Shown: positions 49,655-63,377 of the stretch, in pieces
How positions within the stretch are numbered: position 1 is the stretch's first letter
Layout of the letters: every line of letters begins with the position of its first letter
Assembly: GCF_004010195.1 (NCBI RefSeq)
Contig: NC_057718.1
Coordinates: 67,296,588-67,360,587, forward strand
DNA length: 64,000 bases
Source: Chiloscyllium plagiosum
Taxonomy: Eukaryota
Reading direction: 5' to 3'
Translations under genes and position numbers: made by a program
The notes under the pieces: generated by a model
Seen by the model: only the letters and a program-made list of their open reading frames with translations
Database searches by the model: none
What the model was told of the DNA's origin: nothing

Positions 49655-52600
49655 TGTAGCTTTGCTTGCTGAGCTGGAAGGATTTGTTTCAGATGTTTTG
49701 TCACAATGCTAGGTAACATCATCAGTGAGCCTCCGGATGAAGCACTGGTGGCATGGCCTAATTTTATTTGTGTTTAGGTTTCCTTGGGTTGATGATGTCA
49801 TTTCCTGTGATGTCATTTCTCATGGTGATGTCATTTCTTGTTATTTTTCTCAGGGGCAGTAAATAGGATCCAAGTCAATGTGCTTGTTGAATGCCATGCT
49901 TCTCGGAATTCTTGCATGTGTCTCTGTTTGGCTTGTCCTGGGATGGATGTGTTGGCCCAGTCAAAGTGGTGTCCTTTTTCATCTGTATGTAAAGATACCA
50001 GTGAGAGTGGGTCATGTCTTTTTGTGGCTAATTGATATTCATGTATCCTGGTGGCTAGTTTTCTGCCTGTTTGTCCAATGTAGTGTTAGTTACAGTTCTT
50101 GCATGGTACTTTGTAAATGACATTAGTTTTGCTTGTTGTCTGTACAGGATCTTTCAAGTCCATTTAGTGTGTTGGTGGGTTTGTGGGCTACCATGAGGTC
50201 TGAGTAGCGTGGCAGTCATTTCCGAGAGTCATATCCTACCTGCAGGCAAAGGATGCTTGACAGTCATTTTAAATAAAGAGACTACATTGAGAAAGTGAAT
50301 GCACTGCTTGCAGATACCAATACTTACCAATAAGTGGCGATAGAACTTACCCCACAACTAGGCAACCGAATCACAGTCCTACTCAAAAAACCAGAAATCT
50401 GGAGAAATAAATAAGACCGACTTCCAAAAAATGAAACCAGATGGATCCAACACTCCACCCTCCTATGGATTACCCAAAATTCATAAACCAGGAGATCCCC
50501 TCAGACACATAGCCTCGCTACCTCGAACACCAACTTACAGGTTGGCCAAAGAGCTACATCAAAGACTAAAACACTTAGTAGATGACTCACGCCACTCCAT
50601 CCACTCCACCCAATAATTCCTGAAGACTATCAAAGACACCAAGATAGAAGAGGATGAAACAATGGTCTCCTTTGATGTAACAGCCCTGTTCACATCCATC
50701 AACATCAACCTGGCCAAGGAAACACTGACTATTCTATTAGAAGATCCAAAGACACATATACCAAACACTACCAACTTCATCAGCACAAACAATATCGTCA
50801 AGCTGGTGGACCTATGTCCTTTTACTCACTTCATCCTCAACAACAAAACCAATGGACAAACCAGTGGAACACCCATTGGATCTACGATATCAGGATTCTT
50901 TGCGGAGGCAGTAATGCAGAGACTCGAACAAACAGCTCTGCCATCCATCCAACCCAAACTTTGGGTCTGCTACGTGGATGACACCTTTGTTATCATAAAA
51001 TGAAACCTTCATGACCATCACCAATACCCTTACTGGCATAAAATTCACTAAAGAGGAGGAAAACAACAATAAACTCCCATTCTTAGATGTCGCAGTAGAG
51101 CAAACAGCCAATGGGGAACTTCAAGCCAGTGTCTACAGGAAAACAACACGTATGGACCAAATACTGTACTACAGAAGCAATCATCCCAACATCTACAAAA
51201 GAAATTGCATTAAAACATTATTTCAATGAGCCACCAAACTGCAGCAGAGGTGCTATTTGGAGACTTACCCCACAAAGGCAGCAGAAGCAGCAGCAGTCTT
51301 CTTGTTGGTGTACAGTCCAACTGCCCGGAGAGGAGGCAGGCAGTGCTGGACAGGGGTGGGGGGGGCGCAGTGCTGGACGTGGGTGGGTGGATGGTGTTGG
51401 ACTGGGTTGAGGGGCAGGCGGGGGGCAGTGTTGGACAGTTGGTGGGGGGCAGTGTTGGACGGGACTGGGGGAGAGCGGTGGGCGGTGTTGGATAGGGACA
51501 GTGTCAGGGGGGGCGGTGTTGAACAGCTGCGGTCAAGGTGCAGTGCAGAAAGACCACCATCTAAGGGCTTTTGTCCAAAGTACAATGGGGGTCTGCTCAG
51601 TTATCGAACTCTACCAGTATTTAAAATTTTGAGAAAGTTTGTTGTTCGGGTTGAATGTAGGTTTGCTTGCTGAGCTGGAAGGATTGGTTTCAAATGTTTT
51701 GTATTTATGTGTTTAGGTTTCCTTGGGTTGGTGATGTTATTTCCTGAGGTGATGTCATTCTCGTGGTGATGTCATTTCCTGTTCTTTTTCTCGGGGGGGT
51801 AAATAGGATCCAAGTCAATGTGTTTATTGATAGAGTTGGGGGGGTGCGCTATGTGCTGCTGCAGTCTTCTGAATGGGGAGCAGACTTTAAAAACTCCGAG
51901 GCCCAGAGGAAAGGCATTTAATCGATTAACCGAATAATCGATTACCCGAACGAAATACTGTCCGCCCATCTTGTTTGGATAATCGAGGCTCGCCTGTATT
52001 CAAAGAGAACGGATACCCAGAGAACACAGTCCACCAATTTCTCAGCAACAAACCCAAACAAGCAGACAAAACACGTCCAGAAACCCTAACCACTCTCCCC
52101 TACATCAAAGACATCTCGGAAATGACTGCCAGACTACTCAGACCTCTTGGCATCATAGTAACCCACAAACCTACTAAAACAGCAGCTAATGAACTTGAAA
52201 GAGCCTGTACAGACAACAAGCAAAACTAATGTCATTTACAAAATACCATGCAAGAACTGTAACAAACACTACATTGGATAAACGGGCAGAAAACTCGCTA
52301 CCAGGAGAAATAACATCAACTAGCCACAAAAAGAAATGACCCATTCTCACTAGTATCTTTACATACAGATAAGGAAGAACACCACTTCGACTAGGACAAC
52401 ACATCCATCCCAGGATAAGCCAAAGAGAGAAGTGTAAGAATTCCAAGAAGCATGGCATTCCAACCAGAACTCTATCAACAAACACATTGACTTGGATCCC
52501 ATTTACCACCCCCTCAGAAAAATAACAGGAAATTACATTACCACAAGAAATGACGTCACCACAGGAAATGATGTCATCAACCCAAGGAAACCTAAACACA

Positions 52601-52720
52601 TAACTAAAAAGCAGGCCATACCAACAGTGCTTTATCCAGAGGCTCACTGATCATGTTACCTAGTATGGTGATGAAGTGTCTGAAAACAAACCTTCCAGCT
52701 CAGTAAGTAAACCTACATCC
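49655..52720 (+). mobile_element. Penelope-like element (RT + GIY-YIG) with inverted 5' segment 49655-50225
   Basis: YGLPKIHKPGDPLRHI, MVSFDVTALFTSI, GTPIGS, WVCYVDDTF, LPFLDV, VYRKTT and NVIYKIPCKNCNKHYIG*TGR. 49655-50225 is the reverse complement of the element's 3' part. Confidence 0.92.
51250..51998. mobile_element. pogo/Tigger-like non-autonomous DNA transposon, one end visible
   Basis: Ends ...TTTGGATAATCGAGGCTCGCCTG followed by TA, where the Penelope sequence resumes. This resembles Tigger-type TIRs (CAG...CTCGATTATCC). No left TIR was found. Confidence 0.55.
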
Positions 52721-54729
52721 ACTACTAAAAATGTATATAAATGATATCTTGCAAAACTGAAAACATGCTTTTTGGGATTTTTGTTGAAACTGTTGAGAAA
52801 ACTTAGCTCCAATGTTCATTTGTTTTTCCATGTGCAAAAACTGTACAGAACTGTTCTAGTGATTTTGTATGTATGTAAAGTCTTTTTATGAATAAAGTGT
52901 ATTTTTAGTGGCAGGGTAATGGGTTATTGGCAGCTGATTTACCCTCTGGACAAAATTGTTTAATGCTTTCTTTGTATTCATACATAGACATGCTATTTAC
53001 TAGACAACATAGTGCTTTATTTCTCAATGAAATCTTTTAGTATTCTGGTCAGATATCAGTAACTTATGAAACGATCCCTCTGTCATGTGGTAGAAACATG
53101 TGGTAATGAGGGCAACAATGATGGCAGCTGTGCAAAGTACATATATGTAGGTGAAAATTCAAATAGGTAATGTAATTAACACGCTTTAGAAACATTGAAT
53201 GAATATCTAGTTAGAAGGTTGGTGGTTATAGAATAAAATCTGGACAGATGTAGAAATAAGAGTCATAGTTTACAATAATAGACTGGAAGCCATTCCTGAG
53301 CAGGGAAAATGGACGAATGAGAGGATCAAAATAAAGAATGGATCACACAGCCCAACACAGGAATTAGTGTGATGGGTTGAATTATCTATTTCTGTTCTAT
53401 GTATTTTTAATCTGAAAGGGAACAGCTTTGAAAATATAAATGCTTTTTATTTCTCCTTTCGTGAGTATATTGGAGTCGGATGAACAGGGCAAAATCAATA
53501 TCTCCTTAAAATCAAATACTGCTGCCAAACTTGATTTTAGTCTATATTTTTCTCCAATATTGTCTAAGCTATAAAATGTCTACATCTTAACGAATGTTTG
53601 GTGTGACTGCTCATTTTTATTCTTTCAGAGTTGTTCGCATATTGTGGACATGCACAATATTTCTCCACATATATATGTGAATGGAGCAATATCTTTTCAG
53701 TTTAACCCAATTTTGATTAGAAGACTAAATAAAAGTCGTAGATGAAAGTTGGCAGATAATGGGGGTGTACCTGGAAGTGCATGGCCTGCTAACTCCCATC
53801 CCATCCACCTCATTTCCTCACTGCATAAAGTCACTTAATGGCCAATTAGTTGCAGGAAGTGGAGGAGGAGGTGTTTCTGCTCCAAAGTGGGCCTTTAGAA
53901 TAGGACATCAGATGTGAGATGGATTAGGCTGTTAACTGGAAGTCAGTCATGGCCACATATTGAGTGAATGGAAGTCTTTTCTGTTGACAAATGCCCATAA
54001 ATGTCTTAATAGCCTCATATGTCATCAGCATAGAGGAGATCAAGATCATGAGGTGATGAGTTTGTCCCTTCAAACTTGAAAAATTGTTGAGCTGGTGATC
54101 AGACTTAGGCAGCAATAGACTCCTTCCATGTTTCTATAATTGGGTATTTAATTCTATTCAGGTGGTGTCATTAACTAGGACATCACTGAGGTTATTGTGT
54201 ATCAAAACATACAGAAATTGTGTTTGTTGGATTATGATGTTAAGTGCTTCAACTGTTGAAGGAGCAGCACTTTGAAAGCTTGTAATTTTAAGTAAATCTG
54301 TTGGACTGTAACGTGGTGTCGTGTGACTTCTGACTTTGTTGGGTTGGTCACTGAATATTTATTATCCATCTCCCACCAAGGCTCATGATTTCCACTCTCA
54401 CTATTGCATGCAGCATTTTCCCTCACTCAGTCCCTTTTTGCTAACCCCCATACCACAAACCCAGCAGGCTCTCTTCTCTGTCTATTCACTCCTGAAGGAG
54501 GACCACCCCCAGCTGCACCAATAATATCAGCTGTGCCAGCCATTTCTTTCCCATAATACCTCCCTTATTTCTCATTACATGAGACAGCAGCCACAATATG
54601 TAGTAGAAGCCAAAACAGGCGATAGCCTGCCCATTTCTGTCACTTACAATCAGACCCCAACACCAGATATGTATTTTCCTCCCCACCCCTATTGTATTCC
54701 ACAGAGATCATTCCCTCCACAACTCCATT

Positions 54730-55265
54730 AGGACATTGGTTAGGCTACTTTTGGAATATTGCATGCAATTCTCATCTCCTTCCTATCAGAAGGATGTTCT
54801 GAAACTTGAAAGGGTTCAGAAAAGATTTACAAGGATGTTGCAGGGTTGGAGGATTTGAGCGAGGGAGAGGTTGAATAGACTGGGGCTATTTTCCCTGGAG
54901 GGTCGGAGGTTTATACAATTATGTGGGGCATGGATAGGGTAAATAGACAAGGTCTTTTCCCTGGGGTGGGGGAGTCCAGAACTAGAGGGCATAGGTTTAC
55001 ACTGAGAGGGGAAAGATTTAAAAGAGACCTAAGGAGCAACTTCTTCACGCAGAGGGTGGTGCATGTGTGTAGTGGGCTGCCAGAGGGAGTAGTGGAGGCT
55101 GGTACAACTGAAACATTTAAAAGACATCTGGATAGGTATAGGAAGGGTTTGGAGGAATATGGGCCGGGTGCTGGCAGGTGGGACTAGATTGGGTTCGGAT
55201 AAATGGTCGGCATGGAACGAGTTGGACTGAAGGGTCTGTTACCATGCTGTACATCTCTATGACTC
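54730..55265 (+). mobile_element. CR1 LINE 3' end
   Basis: LVRLLLEYCMQF and ESRTRGHRFTLRGERFKRDLRSNFFTQRVV. Confidence 0.9.
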
Positions 55266-55267
55266 CA

Positions 55268-56015
55268 GGTCCACATCCCACCACCAACCACTCGCCACTC
55301 CCAGCACTTTCCCTTGCCACTGCAAGAGGTGTAAAACTTGCCCGCACCTCTCCCCTCACCTCCGTCCAAGGCCCCAAACGATTCTTCCAAATTGAGCAGA
55401 GATTTTCCTTCACATCCAAACATGTCATCGACTGTATCTGTTGCTCTTGATGTGGTGTCCTCTACATTGGGGAGACAGGACGCAAACTTGCAGAATATTT
55501 CAGAGAACATCTCTGGGATACAAGCACCAACAAACCTACCGGCCTGTGGCCGACCACTTCAACTCCCCCTTCCATTCTGTCAAGGACATGCAAGGCCTGG
55601 GCCTCCTCCACCGGCAAATCCATGCCACCCGACGCTTGGAGCAAGAACGCTTCATCTTCCGCCTTGGGATGCTCCAACCACATAGCACCAATGTCAACCT
55701 CACCAGTTTCCTCATCACCTCTCCCCTCACCTCATCCCAGATCCAACCCGACAACTCCACACCGCCCTCTTGAACTGTCCTACTTGTCCATCTTCCTTCC
55801 CACCTATCCATTCCAATCTCCTACTACCTCTCACCATAATACCCACCTGCAGTTCCTATCACCTTCCCAGTTACCTCACCTTCACCCACAGCCACCTTCC
55901 CCCCGCCCCACCCCCACTACATTCCTGATGAAGGGCTTCTGGCCAAAACGTCGAATCTCCTGCTCCTCGGATGCTGCCTGACCTGCTATGCTTTTCTAGT
56001 GCCACACTTTGACTT
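55268..56015 (+). mobile_element. PLE 3' fragment (GIY-YIG, 3' UTR, hammerhead module)
   Basis: FTSKHVIDCICCS*CGVLYIGETGRKLAEYFREH...TRRLEQERFIFRLGMLQP. ATTC-CTGATGA...GTC-GAAT at 55921-55956. Confidence 0.88.
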
Positions 56016-57059
56016 ACATTCAGTTTCTCACTCCTCAAGTATTGACTCTGACTGCCCCAGGCAGATGACGGAGTATCAGTGAGCCTGTGGACTGGTATTG
56101 GAGGCTTCCCTTGACTTACTGTATCAGGCCTTCTAGCTTCAGGGTGTAACTCTTGTCTTGACTGAGCATTGCTGACAATCATGATAAGCTTATTGTTTGT
56201 GTCTGTATTAAATAACAAGGCTGTACAGACATATTGTGACAGATAGTTCTAGCTGAGAGAAAAAGTGCAAAAAGGCAAGGCAAAGCAAAGGGATGCTGTG
56301 AACATCCAGGTAGGTTCAAAATGAGTGAGCACTGAGATGTGGCTTATTCTAATCTATCAGCTATGTGTCTGTCCTTGTGCATGTTCTTGCAGCAGCTTTC
56401 TAATGAGAGATGCCAGTGTCTCTGAGGAGCAACATTGAAACGTTGAAATATGCAGTTAGACAATTTGAGATGTGCCTTGATGATGCAGGGAGGCTGGCAC
56501 ATGCCAGAAGCCACTATCTGTGGACATAGTCACCATGGAGTGTGTCCTGAGATGTTATTACTGGTTGTCCAAGATGGTGGCCTGGTGGAGCAAGTGGTGA
56601 ACTGAAAGTCTCCAGATATCCATTCAGACATTCATGTCAGGAATTGTCAATTTTAGCTTCCTCGTGGCAGGTGGTAAGATTGGGAGCTGCATATTAATGA
56701 GGAAAGATTTTCACATAATGAGACAGGCAATAAGCAACATTCTACACTAACAGGCATCTCACCACTGCCTAGTGAGAATCTTGCCTTGACGCTGAGAACT
56801 CTTGTTGAAAAATGCAATAAGCTGCTCTATATGTCAAAATAGGTTTCACTCAAATTCTCAAATGATTCTCCTGGATTTCTCACCATAGCCCACATTGTTC
56901 AGGCTGTGTTGTTCACCCTCTAAGAGTCTGCCCATTATTTTTACCAGCAACGTGAACAATCTTTACACTCAATGACTGAATCAATAGACCTCATTATTAT
57001 TACAACTTGTGTTTTTAAACTTTTCAATGGATGCTTACAGATTATGGTAAATATAGATT

Positions 57060-58560
57060 AATATTTCATTGCAACTATTATCAAATATAAACTAAGTGTT
57101 TAAGAGCCAGCAATAATCCCAAAGTTTATTTCTCCACAGTAGAGTACTTGCTCTGAAATTGTTTTTAATTTCTTGAAGTATCACACTGAGTTCCATACTC
57201 CTACCTCATCATCGTGCAATAAGATTGTATCTATTCCAAAGTCACTTTCATCAATTGTCATTTTTAAAGGTTTGGTAAAGTCAGCAGTAGCCAACACCAG
57301 CTCATTAATTCCGATTGCCTTCTGCTTTTGAAAGGTTGCTTGGCATTCAAACTTGTCAAAAGTTTGCTAATGTTAGACACAAATTTCAATGAAACCCAAT
57401 CTTAAAAATCTAATGCCTTGTTTAATTTTGGGAATAGGAAATTTCATCATAGCCTTCATTTTCACTGTTCTTGACAACACTTGCCTTTCTCCTACAATAT
57501 AGAATCACTACAGTATTGAAGCAGGACATTCAGCCCATCAAGTCCACAACAACCCTCTGAACAGACCCATTCTCCTAACCTATCCCTATAACCACACATT
57601 TACCATGACAAATCCATCTAGCCTGCCCATCCTTGCACACTGTGGGGATAGTCAACCCACCAAACCTGCACATCTTTTGTCTGTAGGAGGAAACTGGAGT
57701 ATGTGGAGAAAACCCACACAGCCACAGGGAGAATGTGCAAACCCCACGCACACAGTTGCCCAAGAGTGAAATTGTACCTGGGTCTTTGGCACTGAAGCAG
57801 CAGTGCTAACCACTGAGCCATGTGCCACTCTTATGTCACAGGTAAATACACAATTGGCCAGATTTGTCACTAAGCCAGCTAATTGCATTTGCTTAAACAG
57901 GGCCTCTAATTGCTTTACTTGTTCTTCCCATGTTTTACTATATGTATTACTTCATCATCTAAATAAACTATTATCAATCAAGTCATAACTGAAGTAGTGA
58001 ATATGTCTGGAATGCTGAGCATTTTTAAGTACACATTTCATGCAACAAAGGCAAATCTCTTTACCCTTGATGCTAATAGTACTTTCCAGTACACCTTCAA
58101 TAGATCAACTCTAGAAATAAATGATGCACTGCCAGCCTTATCAATACAATCTCCTGACTGAGGAATTGGGTGCAAATCCATTTTCATGACTACATTTACC
58201 TTCCTGTAACCTACACAAAATCAATTGATCCTTCTGGTTTCGGACTTATAACTACAAGTAAACTCCAGCCACTTTGGCTAGGTTCAGCATTGTTTTTCTG
58301 GACTGAACTGATAAGGATATTGTTTTATTGACACTGATTCACCTATACCAACATCACATCCAATTAACACTATGTCCAGGCATATGGCTCAGACTGCCTT
58401 ACCGTTCCTAAGTAAACTTATTTGATTTCTCCGTTGTTTTCATATAGAAGAAGAACACAGTGTCTAACAGTCCCCAGTATTTCCACATTGGCTAGTGGAA
58501 TTTTAGCAAGCTTGCTGTATGACTGTCTACCTGTCTTCTACCTCACTCTTAATGGCTCTC
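57060..58560 (-). mobile_element. Gypsy pol fossil (RT and RNase H), interrupted by a SINE
   Basis: 58020-58490 is the reverse-complement homologue of 20495-20940. VLATADFTKPLK and KYSTVEK occur at ~57130-57300. Confidence 0.7.
57500..57828 (-). mobile_element. HE1-type SINE, older copy
   Basis: Reverse complement reads GGCACATGGCTCAGTGGTTAGCACTGCTGC. Confidence 0.8.
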
Positions 58561-59204
58561 ATCTTCCACTATCTCGATTTCATAGCAAAAGATTAATTCA
58601 AGGGGACTAAATCCAGTAGATTCAACAAGGAATCTCTGGTAGCAAATAATAAGAGCTTCACCCTTTTGGCCCAATCCTGTGGGTATTCATGACACTATGC
58701 TGTAATCATGGCTTTGACAATTTTATGGAAACTCACCAAAGCTCCCTATTTTTGTGGATGATGTGTGACTGATTTCAACTGTTTAATAGCCAAACTGCAG
58801 ATTATGTCCTGGAAAACTTTAGACATAAAGTTAGAATGCTGGTCAGATTGTAGTTCAATTGGTAGGCCAGTGAGGTCTCCCCAGATGGGCAAGGATGCAG
58901 ATTGGCAAGCTGCATCATGGAGGCAGTCTGTTTATTTATCTAACTAAAGTTCCAAATAGTATAAGAGGACTAATTTCAGACTTGAGTCTCCTTGTTGTGT
59001 AGGGTCACCACTGAGGCCACCAGCTTAATGAAAATATCCTTCTTTATCTTCCAGTATGGTCTGAAAGGATGTCTAAAGATCTAATGGAATGAGGGCACAA
59101 GCAATGGATATATTAATTAACAGTTAATTGAGTGTGAGTTGAATTGGTGAAACTTCCCTCTAATTGACCTTCAGAGTGAGATTTGAATACAGGCGCAGGG
59201 ATTT

Positions 59205-59560
59205 CTTGCTGGAATTATACAGAGCCTTGCTGAGGCACACCTGGAATATTATCTGAGGGAGGGGGTTTTGGCGATGGAGCGGGTGCACACAAAGGTCTAT
59301 CTGATCAATTCCTGGGATGGCAGCTCTGAGGTGTGAAGAGAAATTGGATCAGTTAGGATTATATTCACTGGAGTTTAGAAGAATGATGGGTGAATCTCAC
59401 TGAGACCCTAAAAATTCTAACAAGATTAGACAGAGTAAATACAGAATGGATGTTCCTGATGACTGGGAAATCCAAAACCAAGGGTCACAGTTTAAGGGTA
59501 TGGGATAGACCAATTAGGACTGAGATGAGGTAAAATGTCTTCACCCAAGAGAATAGTGGG
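59205..59560 (+). mobile_element. CR1 3' fragment
   Basis: LELYRALLRHTWN and LGLYSLEFRRMMG. Confidence 0.65.
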
Positions 59561-62500
59561 CTTTTGCTCCTGTATTCTATGATTGCACCAACCTCAGAAA
59601 CACATTCCACCCAGACCCCCATCCTATCCCTGTAACGCCTTATTTACCATGGCTAATTATGGTATAGATCAAATATATGAAAAAGCATGATTTTTAGTGT
59701 CCCATAAAAGACATTGGATTGGGTAACACTGCAAATTCTAGTTAGAAGCAAATACAATTGGTTTGCCTTACAGTCTCTTCAAATGAATACAATTGGTGTT
59801 CAAATCTGTAGGTATTTAGATTAATAGGGGGGATTGATCCTAAAAGTGAGGATTATTGAGATTGAGGAGCAAGATTAATACCATCTCTGACTATATGGGG
59901 TAGTTTTCTTAGTGACTAGAAAGATGCTTCAGGGTTTTGGTAGTGTTGTACTGTGTAAGACTGTGTGAGCAAGAAAAATAATAAACTTTAATTTCAGTGC
60001 AGAAACAGAAAGTTGGAGAAGATTGTAGAACAATGAAAATCTGAAAAGTTTTTAAGTTCTACTTAAGGTTTGTGTAGAAAGGAATCATATTTGAATATGA
60101 AAATAAATTATTGATGAATCAGGTGACAAAAGTGGGAATGGAAATTGAGCAATTAAAATGTACATTCTGTCAGATTGTCCAATGCTTGTCTGTATAGCTA
60201 AAGGAACAAATGCAGCAAACTTTGTTCTAACCAGCACCTTAAGGACTGGCACTCTCAATAAACCAACCAAAATTATATACCTCAAATACCAGAAGTTTAC
60301 TGTATTGTTGCACTCTCCGCAATGTCCGATAGTCAGCTGAGGGTGTGAGTGAGAAAGCTCTCTGCTGGAAAATTTTATTTCAGACAAAGTTGCATCATTA
60401 TTATTTAAATGTTTTATGCTGTAAATAAAGTATAACAGTGATGTACATACCCCTACATTACGTTGTTATTTCTTAGTTTTTACATTGATTATGTGGACCT
60501 CTTGTTCAGCTGAATATTTAATCAATTGGCACATTCCTGATCCCATAGGAGCATAGGAAATAGGAACAGGAGTAGGCAACTCAGCCCTACGAATCTGTTT
60601 CTGCCATTTAACATGATCGTGGCTGATCTCATCCTGCTCTCAACCCCACTCTCCTGTCTATTCTTCTTAGCCCTTTATCCCACTTTTCATCAGGAGCATA
60701 TTTCTTTCTTGAAACAAATAGGTACTGGTTAATAAAAAATCTGCTGTAACTGAACAGAGGGCACAAAGAAAACGTGGTGGAGAGGTCAGAACCAGCAAGA
60801 ACTCAGATACATTTGGCCAAACACAAGGAATTTTACGGAATATTGGACCTGAAGGGGGAAATGGAGGCATAGCAGTTCTGGCAATAAGGGATTGGGCTAC
60901 ATGATTTGTTCCCTTCCTTTGTCCCCCTATTCTTTGATCAAAGTAGGGAATGACACTTATTACTCATACCTTGTCAAGAAAACATGTAAAAGAAAAAGTA
61001 AATCAAATGGGAAAGAAAATATTTTAGAGACTTAATGCAAATAATGAATAATTAAATCTCTTGCTGCAGGATTTCCTTTGCTTTCAGTGCATTGACCTTG
61101 CAACTGTTCACTTTACCAGAGATTGCTGATCACGCCTTACTTCACCTTTTTATCAGTCTGGAACATTAACCTTTTGTACGTTTTCTCTCTCATTAATCTG
61201 TTGCAGACATACTTGGCAAGGTCAGCATTTATTGCCTGCTCCAGAGAAGATGCTGGTGAAATGCGTGGTTGGATTGTTATCTTCTGTAGATACACCCACA
61301 GTCCTGTTAGGCAGGGAATTCCAGTATATTTTACTGAAGCTGAAGCCTCATGCCAAGGTAAAGATATTGCTACCAATGGTAATAAAGGCCATAGTGGCAT
61401 TGAACCACCAGGAGTCCAGATGTTTGTGGGTGTCTAATACAACAAGTGCCAATGGTAGGATACTAACTGCAGTAAAGGCTGAGATGACGGAAAGAAGCTG
61501 AGGTGCAAACTAAAATGTCCATGAACATGCCAACAGCAGCTTGCCCTTCATACCATGCAGCAGGGTAATGTGGAAGATTTTACGTTCCTAAAAAAATGAA
61601 ATAAACAAATTTATTGAATGACATCTGTGAAGAAGTAACTAACTAAATGAAACTTCTATAACTTTTACTTTAACTCAATTGAGAACCAATATACAATACA
61701 CAAGAATGAACAGACAAATGATACTTCAAATGCAAAAATAAAAGTCACTTTAAGTAGTGAGTACAGTAATGATATGTCTTACACAACTATAAACATTCCT
61801 TCAACACCTATGACATTATATAGCCTTACAATACACTCTTCTTGTTTATGCTGGGCAAATTAGGATGTTATATAACTCCTAGCCAAATGGTAACATGCAA
61901 ATCTGCCTAATTATATAATTATTCTTAATCAAAATATTCAGGCAGTTTAGGACACATTGCTGAAAGAGGTAGTGCTTGAACCTAAGTCTGCTGGATCAGA
62001 GATAAGGGCACTACTGCTGCATCACAAGTGCTCTCAAGACCTAATTGTGGTATGATTTTCGAAATACATTCTCTATTACAATGCCTCAACCAATCATGGT
62101 TGATTACACTGTGCCATGAGTAAATTGGTAAGGGTAAATAAGTTTTAAAAAGTTAAACGCATGACTAAATGATTGATATGGAAGGAACGAGTTTCAATTA
62201 ATCAGATACTGGCACAGTATTAGAAAAAGAGAGTTCTATCATTGGGACAACTGTTGTGAATGTCTAGTTCGTGGTTCAGATGTTGTAGTATATAATCTTT
62301 CATATTATGCATTCAAGTTTGGCAAAAAATAGAATAAATGCAATTGAACCCAATTGAAATCTAGTGCACTTCAAAGATTGTGGTTGGGTTACTTTACAAA
62401 GTTAACAGCAAGGAAGGAAAAATAATCAAAATGCCAGATCTTAGTGCCTTCCAAAACGTTTAAAGCACTTTAGGAGGTTACCCACGTTTACTCAATAGAA

Positions 62501-63377
62501 TCAGATTAGAAGAGGGGGAGGTGTAAAAGCTATAGGTGTGGCTTCACTGTGACATTGAGAGTTGTGGAGATAAAGCCCAGGATCAGCCATAACCATACTG
62601 CATGGTGCAGCAGGCTCAACAGGCCATGTAATCTACTCCTGCTCCTAGTTCTCGTGTTCTTGTGTAATTCCATGCCTATCTGTGTTTTATAGCCACAACC
62701 TCTCATCACTGAATGTGAGTTAAGCTGAAGTATATAAATTAAGGGGTGTGACTCCATTTTCATGCAAAGTGACTAGATAACTTACTCCCACCTCTCAATT
62801 CATTGAAGTGTCTGAAGGTCAGACCCCAACTTATCAAATTAGAACCCAAATTCCTTGACGTGCTATTTACTTCAGATGTGCTTGCTGTGGATCATTAAGG
62901 TGTCTACCAAAAACCACATGCTATAGCTGTAACATCTCACTTGCCCTTCTAGCTTTAATTTGTTTGTATCCAGTAAATTATCCATCGTTTATATTCAATA
63001 TTCACTATTTACACTATAAATGTAAAAAGCATTCAATTTCCCCAGGACCAGTTTTAATTATTGTCCGAGTTTGGGGGAGGAAAAAGAAACTTAAAACCTC
63101 CTAATACAAACGGTACATCTACATAATAACTCAAATCCCCAGTTCTCAGGTGCTGCTATCTCCAGCTTTTTCTCTTGGACCGATCCTTTATGTAATAGGT
63201 CGGAACAGTGTCTCTCCACTTATCGCTTCAAATTGAAATTCCTGTATTTAAGTACTTGGCCTCACAATACTTCATCTAACCAGCCAATTTCATGCCACAT
63301 ACCTGTCTTCAAGTAATGCATCTGCATTCACTCCATCATGACTTCCCTGTTCTTGTAATCTATACCTTGATTCATAA

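Noticed and set aside
51226..51673. GC-rich ORFs or a CpG-island promoter
   Set aside because: This is G-rich low-complexity repeat (GGGGGCAGTGTTGGAC-like) inside a nested transposon.
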